A stretch of DNA of 64,000 nucleotides from assembly GCA_050287085.1 (NCBI GenBank), contig JBNKBE010000001.1:418493-482492 (forward strand), read 5' to 3'. Positions 57,068 to 64,000 of this stretch are shown here, one piece after another. The stretch's first letter is position 1; each line of letters starts with the position of its first letter. This stretch comes from Polyangiaceae bacterium. Lineage in GTDB: Bacteria > Myxococcota_A > Polyangia > Polyangiales > Polyangiaceae. Position numbers and translations under genes: made by a program. The notes beneath the pieces were generated by a model that saw nothing but the letters and a program-made list of their open reading frames with translations, ran no database searches and was not told the DNA's origin.

Positions 57068-58195
57068 ATGGGAATGGCAGAGCCATTTCCCGGCAAAGTC
57101 CTCGTCGTCGATGACGACCCGACAAGCCTTCGGGTAATGGCTAACCTCCTGCTTCGAGAACAGTATCAGGTTTCCACAGCCACGGACGGCGAAGAAGCGT
57201 TCTCGATGGCCTTGTTGGAACCGCCAGACGCCATCGTATTGGACGTCCACATGCCCGGTGGAGACGGCTATGACGCCTGTCGTCGTCTCAAGCGAGAAGC
57301 GGAGCTGCGCGAGGTTCCAGTTCTATTCCTGTCGGGACTGGCAGATCCCTTCAACCGTGCAAGCGCCTTTGAGGCAGGCGCCGTCGACTACGTGCTCAAG
57401 CCCTGCGATCCGGCTGATTTGATCGCTCGGGTGGGTGTGCACGTTCGGGTGCGACAATTGCTCCGTCAGGTGGCGCGCCGCAACGAAGACCTCGCTCGCG
57501 AACGACAGCGACAAGACGACCTGTTTACAATGCTGGCCCACGACGTGCGCTCGCCGCTCACCGCCATCATCGGAAGCCTCGATCTGCTGCACACGAGCGA
57601 CCCTCCACTGCCAGAATGCGCGACCGAGCTGATTTCGGACGCAGCTAGCGGTGCCCAGCGAGTCAATGAATTGGTTTCCGACTTGCTCTCCGTGCGAGCC
57701 CTCGAAACGGGTGAACACACACCCGTGCTCGAGCCCGCCGGAGCTGACACGATCCTCGTCCACGCATTGCGTTCGTTGGGCGACGAAGCGTGCGCTCGAA
57801 TCGATGCCCATTGCGACGCAGGTCAAATTCGGTGTGACTCGAGTCTATTGGCGCGCGCCCTGGCCAACCTGCTTCGAACCGCGCTCAGGTGCGTCCCTGG
57901 AGAACAGCGCATCTTACTTACCTGGAGCGAACCGCGTTCAGGCGTAAGCAGAATCGTCGTGAGCGGTCCCGAAGCTATGAGCCCAGCGTCGGTCGCCCCT
58001 GACAGCGACTTGAACCGCGGCGTGGACGCAACGAGCTCAGCCACCAATCTAGGGCTAACCTTTAGCCGGCTGGTCTCCGAAGCCCATGGCGGACGATTGA
58101 ACGTGAGCTCCCAGGCGAGTGACGGCCCGATTTTCTCGCTGCAGCTCCCGATCGAGGGTCCCGCGCAAAATCGCCCCGCTGGGGACTGCCCTTAG
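57068..58195 (+). CDS. receiver-HisKA protein with degenerate HATPase domain
   Basis: LVVDDD, VLDVHMPGGDG, GAVDYVLKP, AHDVRSPL; N, G1 and G2 boxes altered. Confidence 0.88.
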   Translation: MGMAEPFPGKVLVVDDDPTSLRVMANLLLREQYQVSTATDGEEAFSMALLEPPDAIVLDVHMPGGDGYDACRRLKREAELREVPVLFLSGLADPFNRASAFEAGAVDYVLKPCDPADLIARVGVHVRVRQLLRQVARRNEDLARERQRQDDLFTMLAHDVRSPLTAIIGSLDLLHTSDPPLPECATELISDAASGAQRVNELVSDLLSVRALETGEHTPVLEPAGADTILVHALRSLGDEACARIDAHCDAGQIRCDSSLLARALANLLRTALRCVPGEQRILLTWSEPRSGVSRIVVSGPEAMSPASVAPDSDLNRGVDATSSATNLGLTFSRLVSEAHGGRLNVSSQASDGPIFSLQLPIEGPAQNRPAGDCP

Positions 58196-58236
58196 GGACC
58201 GCGAATGGGGCGACGGAGCTGAGGCGACGGCTACCG

Positions 58237-59217
58237 CTACCGCACCGACTGCTGCAACGCTGCCGCTAGTCCCCCGCGGTCAAGCTCAGCGTCACTCGGC
58301 AACGCGCACTTGCCAAGGATACGCCGTAGCCAACCATGCCCCGGGTCTTGCTCGTAGCGCTGGTGCCAACACAAGAAGTAGGGCACGTCGGCGCTCGACA
58401 CGGGGAGCTCAAGTTGTACCAGCTCGTTGCGCGCCGCCAGCAAGCGGGCCGCGCGCAGCGGCAGAGCCGCGATCAAATCGGAATGGCGCAGCAGTTCGAC
58501 GGCCGCAGCAAAAGTGGGCACGGTGACCCGAACAAAGCGATCGAGTCCCTGCTGCGCCAACGCGACATCAATGCTCTCACACGTTCGGCACAACGCGGTG
58601 ATAGCAAGGTGCGCAGCCGAAGCGTAGCGTTGTGGCGTCAATCTACCGCTAGCGAGCGGATGATTGGCTCGCATCACACACACCAACGGGTCAGCGAAGA
58701 CGAAGCGCTGCCGGATCGAATTGTGCTGCAGCCCACCATGGACGAATGCACAATGGAGGTCACCGAGTTCAAGCTCTCGCAACAGGGCCTGCGGTTCCGG
58801 ATTGTGGAAAGTCAGGCGGAGCTCCGGCGCGTGCGCGGCCAGAGTCGGTAGCAAGCGGGGAGCGAGAGAATTCAACAACTCATCGGGAGCGGCCACCACC
58901 ATGGGGCCCCGCAGCACTCCCGGACGAAAGACCTGGCGTTCCGACAGATCTGCCACCTCGCGCAAGATGCGGGCGACGCCGGAGGCCATCGCTTCGGCCC
59001 GCTCCGTGGGCTCCATCCCCGAAGGGGTGCGCACAAAGAGTTCGTCACCAAACCAGACCCTCAGACGGCTCAGGTGTTTGCTCACCGTGGGCTGGCTCTG
59101 CCCCAGCGCTCGCGCCGCAGCGGTTACGCTGCGCGCCGAAAACACAGCGTTGAACGTCGCCAGCAACTCCAGCCGAGCCTCATGCACCCCCGTCAACGTC
59201 TCATCCCTATCCGGCAT
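58237..59217 (-). CDS. LysR family transcriptional regulator (NodD/MexT-like)
   Basis: SVTAAARALGQSQPTVSKHLSRLR..FGDELFVR..GMEPTERA; WHQR..DPGHGWLR. Confidence 0.93.
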   Translation of the reverse strand: MPDRDETLTGVHEARLELLATFNAVFSARSVTAAARALGQSQPTVSKHLSRLRVWFGDELFVRTPSGMEPTERAEAMASGVARILREVADLSERQVFRPGVLRGPMVVAAPDELLNSLAPRLLPTLAAHAPELRLTFHNPEPQALLRELELGDLHCAFVHGGLQHNSIRQRFVFADPLVCVMRANHPLASGRLTPQRYASAAHLAITALCRTCESIDVALAQQGLDRFVRVTVPTFAAAVELLRHSDLIAALPLRAARLLAARNELVQLELPVSSADVPYFLCWHQRYEQDPGHGWLRRILGKCALPSDAELDRGGLAAALQQSVR

Positions 59218-59349
59218 ACGGACCACTACGGCCCGTGCCGGGTGGGCATAAAGCCTCCCCTGCACAGCTCTCGACCGCCGGCCGCCGGACCGCCAGGGCC
59301 GCAGGACGTCGGCTTGGCGCGCCGCAGAACACCGCACTATAAGCGCGTC

Positions 59350-60357
59350 ATGGATCCGCTCAGCCAGGGCGCGCTTGGAGCTGCGCTAAGCCTTGCGGTC
59401 CTCCCGCGCGGCGGACCGCTGCGTCCACGGGCCGTCGCGTGGCTCGGAGCCGCCGGTGGTATGGCCGCGGATCTCGACGTCTTGATCCGCAGCCCAGATG
59501 ACCCTTTGCTTGCGATCCTATTCCACCGCCACTTCACTCACTCGCTTGCGTTCATTCCGGTGGGCGGCTTGCTCGTTGCGGGGGCACTGCTGGCACTTCC
59601 AAGCCTCCGTCCCCATCGCTTGTGGGTGGCCCTGGCTACTACGCTGGGATACGCAACCCATGGCATTCTCGATGCGTTCACCACATACGGCACTCAACTC
59701 TACTGGCCGTTTTCCTCAGAAAGGATAGCGCTGAGCTGGGTGTCGGTGGTCGATCCGCTAGTAACTCTCCCATTGCTTGCCGCGGTTATTCTGGCGGTGC
59801 GCCGCGGCGAGCGCCAGCCCGCACTCGCTGGACTGTTCTGGTGCGCCATGGTCCTCGGCGGGGGAGCCATCCAGCAAGCACGGGCTCTCGACGTACAACT
59901 GTCGTTGGCCAAGCTCCGTGGTCATTCGCCGACGCGCGAAGCGGTGTTTCCAACTTTCGCCAACAACGTGACCTGGCGGAGCCTGTACGAGGCTGGAGGT
60001 CACTTCTACGTCGACAAGATCCGCGTCCCCTGGGTGGGCAGAGCGTGTGCTACGCCCGGTAGTCGCGTCCCCGTTCCAGAGCCGTGGAACGATCCTCGCT
60101 CAGTACACGCACGTGCTGAACGGCTATTGCGTTGGTTTGCATCCGATTGGGTTTCGGTCGCCCCTGGCGATCCCGACGTGCTCGGCGACTTGCGCTACTC
60201 TTTCGAACCCGCAACGGCTGCGCCCATCTGGGGGATCCGTAGGCACGCCGACGAAGACCGCGTCGACTGGGTGAACAACCGCATGCAGCGAGCGATCACT
60301 TGGGCCGATCTCGAGCAGTTGGTGCTTTCTGACGGCCCCGACGCCCGATGCTTCTGA
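59350..60357 (+). CDS. YdjM-like inner-membrane metal-dependent hydrolase
   Basis: MDPLSQGALG, ADLDV, HRHFTHSL, HGILDAFTTYGT.LYWPF, VVDP, DLRY. Confidence 0.9.
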   Translation: MDPLSQGALGAALSLAVLPRGGPLRPRAVAWLGAAGGMAADLDVLIRSPDDPLLAILFHRHFTHSLAFIPVGGLLVAGALLALPSLRPHRLWVALATTLGYATHGILDAFTTYGTQLYWPFSSERIALSWVSVVDPLVTLPLLAAVILAVRRGERQPALAGLFWCAMVLGGGAIQQARALDVQLSLAKLRGHSPTREAVFPTFANNVTWRSLYEAGGHFYVDKIRVPWVGRACATPGSRVPVPEPWNDPRSVHARAERLLRWFASDWVSVAPGDPDVLGDLRYSFEPATAAPIWGIRRHADEDRVDWVNNRMQRAITWADLEQLVLSDGPDARCF

Positions 60358-60458
60358 GGGTCGGATAAGCACTGCGCCGCGCTGCGAACTTCGCCGCCTT
60401 GAGCTGGCTCACCACAAGGCGGTTGTCACGGCGATCCCAAGATGCCACAACGCCGAAG

Positions 60459-63209
60459 ATGGCTAGTTCGGTGCCTTCCACTGCCCGCCCTTCACTGCCC
60501 GCCCCCTCTCGTAGCGCGGCGCGCGCCGGGGCCCTGCTAGCGGCCGTCGCCTTGAGCGCCTGGCCACAGACATCCGACGCCCAAGAGCCGCAGGCCGCCC
60601 AAGAGCCGCAGGCCGCCCAAGAGCCGCAGGCCGCCCAAGAGCCGCAGGGCCAGCCTCGGAGTACCCCCGCCCCGCAGCGCCGAGCCTTGAGGCCCCCACG
60701 CGTGCTCGAGGCCGTCCCGGTTGCCTACCCGGCCACCGCCCTGGGTGAACAAGGCACTGTCTTGGTGGATGTCACGGTTCAACCCGACGGTAGTCCCGTC
60801 AATGCGCGCATCGCCCAGGGACTGACCCCCGCATGCGACGCCGCCGCCTTGGCCGCTGCCGCCCACTTCAGATTCTCCCCTGCCGTGGCTCACGGCAAGC
60901 CGGTCGCGGCTCGAATTCGTCTGGCCTTCGACTTCCAGCCGCCTTCACCGGAACAACGTGAAAGCGCGGCGAGCGATACTCCCACGACGGCTTCGGAACA
61001 GGCCGCGGCCCCCCCCGACCCTGCCGATCCGACACCGCGATCCGGCGAGCCAACGCAGCCGCACGGGCCATCGACGGCAGAAGCGATACCGCCCCCGCTG
61101 ACGGCCTCTTCCGCCCCCCCGGGTCGCAAGGTCGAAGAAGTGATTGTAGCAGGAACCGGCGAGCAAAGCGCCAAGTCCCGCGGCGCAGGTGACTTCGCCG
61201 TCAAGAGAGCCCTACTAGAAGCCGCTCCTCATCATGAGGGCGTCGACATGTTGCGGACGGCTCCTGGTCTCTACGTGGCACGTCCAGAGGGAGCTGCCGT
61301 TGCCCATCGCTACATGCTGCGTGGTTTCGATTCCGAACACGGTCAAGACATCGAGTTTCGTGTCGGCGGAATACCCATCAATCAACCCTCCCACATCCAC
61401 GGGCAGGGCTACGCGGACTTGGGCTTTCTGATCGGGGACACCGTGGACGAACTCCGCGTGACCGAAGGCGTTCACGACACGCATCAAGGTGACTTCGCCG
61501 TAGCGGGGTCGATCAATGTGCGACTCGGAGTGGAGGACCGCGGCACTCGCGTCACCACGGGTTACGGCTCGTTTCGAACCTTCCAACAACAGCTGCTCTG
61601 GGCGCCCGAGTCGCAGCCGAAAGACAACTTCGCGGCGCTCGCATACCGCCAAAGCGACGGGTTCGGTCAGAACCGCCGAGGGCAATCCGTCAGCGCGCTG
61701 ACGCAACAGGCATGGGGCTCGGGCGACCTCCGCTCTCGTCTGGTAGCTGTTTTCTACGGAGCTCGTTCCAACCTGGCAGGGGTAGTGCGCCGCGACGACA
61801 TCGACGACGGTCGAATCGGTTTCTATGATGTCTATCCGCAAGCCACGGCACGGGCGCAAAACGCACAAACAGGGCGCGCGTTGCTCGGCTACTTTTCCGA
61901 ATACGCTGGACTGGACGGTGATTCCGCCAGCGGCGGTGTGTGGCTCAGCTACGACGCCTTCAGGCTGCAAGAAAACTTCACGGGCTTCTTGCAACGCTCG
62001 CAAACGCTGGACGGTGTCACTGGGCGTGGAGATCTCATCGAGCAGGTCAATCGCAGCCTGTCGCTAGGCGTTGACGCCGAGTACCGCTCGACTCCCTATG
62101 AGCCGTGGAAGGGGACGCATGGGTATGTGCGACTAGGCTTCACAGGACGGCTCGACGACATCGACCAAGGGCAGAATCTACTCGACGCAGCGGTACGCCT
62201 ACAGACCTGGGACCAGCGCATCAATGCGGGGATCTTCGGCCTGGACATCGGCGGCTTCATGGACGCGGACTTTCACTTCACCGAGCGCTTGAAGGTGCGG
62301 GCGGGACTGCGAGCCGATGCGTTGTCGTACATCGTTGACGACCGACTCGGAAATCGCGTGCCAGCCACCCGCCCCGACGATGCGTTCATCATCGGCTACC
62401 GCCGGAGTGCCGCCGGGCTGGTGCTGGGGCCACGCGTAAGTGCGGACTTCACCACCACAGACTGGCTGACCGTGCACGCGTCCTACGGTGAAGGCTACAG
62501 ATCTCCGCAAGCGCGTACGCTCGACGATGGGGAGCAGGCGCCGTTCACGAAAGTGCGCTCCGCTGATCTCGGAGCCCGCATCGCATTTCCAGAACGCGCG
62601 GAGTTCACCCTCGCCGGCTATTGGACCACGCTCTCCGACGATGTAGCGTTCGACGCCACCGAAGGGCGACTTGAACGCGTCGGCCGCACGCGGCGTCTCG
62701 GTGCCGTGGCGCACGCTGAAGTCACACCCTGGCACTGGCTGATATCAGCAGCGTCGCTCACCTACGTAGATGCCGAGTTGCAGGAACCGCCGCCGGCCAC
62801 AGCATCCGAGCCTGACCCCCCCTTCGCCAAGGGACAGAACCTGCCGTTCGTGCCGCCGCTGGTCGCACGCGTCGACCTCGGAACACAACTCGAGCTTCCC
62901 AGCCCGAGCCCCTCCCGTCCGCTCAGCGGACACGCCGGACTCGGCTTCTCGGCGCTTTCATCCCGGCCGCTGCCCTACGGCGACTTCGCTTCACCTTTCG
63001 CGTTGCTGGACCTGTCGGCGTCGATCCACTATGCGCCGCTGCGGCTCGGGCTCGAACTCTATAACCTGCTCAACACGCGCTATGCCGCTATCGAGTACTC
63101 GTTTGTATCCAATTGGGATCCGCAGGGGCTCAGCTCCCGATTGCCCGCGCGACACATCTCCGCGGGCGCTCCACGAACGGTGATGGCGACCTTGGAGATC
63201 TCGCTATGA
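60459..63209 (+). CDS. TonB-dependent receptor with N-terminal TonB C-terminal domain
   Basis: Signal peptide, TonB_C (YP..A..GTVLVDVTV..DG, FSPA..GKPV), plug LRGFDSEHGQD..NQPSHIHGQGYADL, barrel ending YNLLN..Y, GAPRT. Confidence 0.93.
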   Translation: MASSVPSTARPSLPAPSRSAARAGALLAAVALSAWPQTSDAQEPQAAQEPQAAQEPQAAQEPQGQPRSTPAPQRRALRPPRVLEAVPVAYPATALGEQGTVLVDVTVQPDGSPVNARIAQGLTPACDAAALAAAAHFRFSPAVAHGKPVAARIRLAFDFQPPSPEQRESAASDTPTTASEQAAAPPDPADPTPRSGEPTQPHGPSTAEAIPPPLTASSAPPGRKVEEVIVAGTGEQSAKSRGAGDFAVKRALLEAAPHHEGVDMLRTAPGLYVARPEGAAVAHRYMLRGFDSEHGQDIEFRVGGIPINQPSHIHGQGYADLGFLIGDTVDELRVTEGVHDTHQGDFAVAGSINVRLGVEDRGTRVTTGYGSFRTFQQQLLWAPESQPKDNFAALAYRQSDGFGQNRRGQSVSALTQQAWGSGDLRSRLVAVFYGARSNLAGVVRRDDIDDGRIGFYDVYPQATARAQNAQTGRALLGYFSEYAGLDGDSASGGVWLSYDAFRLQENFTGFLQRSQTLDGVTGRGDLIEQVNRSLSLGVDAEYRSTPYEPWKGTHGYVRLGFTGRLDDIDQGQNLLDAAVRLQTWDQRINAGIFGLDIGGFMDADFHFTERLKVRAGLRADALSYIVDDRLGNRVPATRPDDAFIIGYRRSAAGLVLGPRVSADFTTTDWLTVHASYGEGYRSPQARTLDDGEQAPFTKVRSADLGARIAFPERAEFTLAGYWTTLSDDVAFDATEGRLERVGRTRRLGAVAHAEVTPWHWLISAASLTYVDAELQEPPPATASEPDPPFAKGQNLPFVPPLVARVDLGTQLELPSPSPSRPLSGHAGLGFSALSSRPLPYGDFASPFALLDLSASIHYAPLRLGLELYNLLNTRYAAIEYSFVSNWDPQGLSSRLPARHISAGAPRTVMATLEISL
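60578..60648 (+). repeat. 18-bp tandem repeat x~4 (CGCCCAAGAGCCGCAGGC)
   Basis: Three perfect copies plus 17 nt; reads AQEPQA just after the signal peptide. Confidence 0.95.
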
Positions 63210-63979
63210 ATGGCTCCCGCTGGGTACGCAGTCCCCTGTGCGCGGCACTGGCATTGGCGCTGCCTCTTCCGTTCGCTTCCGGGTGCCTAGATACCGGAAG
63301 CGAGGCGCTCACGTTCCCGCTACGCGTTGGCGGCAGCGGTACGAACTCCATCACCGACCGAAGCGGATTCGAGATCGAGTTGCAACAAGCACGCCTGGTG
63401 ATCGGCCCGCTCTACCTGTGCTCGAGCCCAGGCGGCGGTGAGCTATGTGAACTCGCACGGGCAGAGTGGCAGGACAGCGTCGACGTAGATCTGCTGTCAA
63501 GCGAAGACAGCTTGGCTGGAGACGTCCTGGGACACGCCGGCACTATTCGTTCCTACATGTTTGACCTCGGGTACAGCAGTTTGCTGACCCGTTCTGAGAC
63601 TCTTCCGTCACCGGCTGCCGAGAAGCTGCGCGGTTCACTCCGTTTGGCTGGTACTGCGCGTCGCGACGCCGTCGTCGTGTCGTTCGCTGGAACCCTCGCC
63701 CTACAAGCGGGTGAACAAACCGAAAAGGGGGTCGCGCTGCTCAGGGGCCGACTCGAAACTCCAGTAGACCTAGACGAAGTGTCCAGCATGCGAATCCAAT
63801 TCGATCTGGCGGATTGGTTTTCAACCCTGCGATTTGAAGATATCGCAAGCGCTGATGGCTGCACCACGGCGTGTACAGTCGAGGCGCCGCTCGAAAACGG
63901 CAGCGAACTCGGACGCATGCTCACCAGCACCATCCTGGGAGGTCAACGACCCGAGGTAACATTCAAGCGCAAGCCCTAG
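63206..63979 (+). CDS. lipoprotein partner of the TonB-dependent receptor
   Basis: ATGA overlap with receptor stop; lipobox FASGC; IGPLYLC..ELC. Confidence 0.82.
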   Translation: MNGSRWVRSPLCAALALALPLPFASGCLDTGSEALTFPLRVGGSGTNSITDRSGFEIELQQARLVIGPLYLCSSPGGGELCELARAEWQDSVDVDLLSSEDSLAGDVLGHAGTIRSYMFDLGYSSLLTRSETLPSPAAEKLRGSLRLAGTARRDAVVVSFAGTLALQAGEQTEKGVALLRGRLETPVDLDEVSSMRIQFDLADWFSTLRFEDIASADGCTTACTVEAPLENGSELGRMLTSTILGGQRPEVTFKRKP

Positions 63980-64000
63980 GTGCTTCTCGATTGCAGGCCA

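Overview
High-GC, densely coding chromosomal window with no rRNA, tRNA, CRISPR array, transposase, integrase or phage genes that I can recognise. Gene content suggests a myxobacterium, possibly Polyangiales-like (inference): an ECF-FecR-TPR cassette, a TonB_C-fused TonB-dependent receptor, an HDOD protein and many Pro/Ala-rich lipoproteins. Clear genes are acnB with a divergent LysR, ftsH, clsB with a YbhP-like EEP, lnt, narGHJI plus a PpiC-type PPIase, an ABC exporter, an MMPL/RND transporter, DsbA and several two-component proteins. Best candidate for an undescribed system: a translationally coupled operon (6500-11671) of a nucleoside phosphorylase, a Cys-rich lipoprotein, a lipoprotein TldD and a secreted non-catalytic PmbA-like partner, i.e. 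an apparently exported TldDE-type protease. Other leads: a dispersed low-O2/NO module (truncated haemoglobin plus ferredoxin-reductase, a FixL-type heme-PAS kinase cascade ending in a PhoU/dead-phosphatase fusion, and nar, with a motif shared upstream of glbN and narG), an ECF/FecR cassette lacking a TonB receptor, a sigma54 promoter with a structured leader at the left edge, four unrelated 18-bp tandem repeats, and a gene-end duplication. All assignments come from visual motif recognition; no database searches were run. Several starts were moved from the ORF track to more plausible internal codons and remain uncertain.
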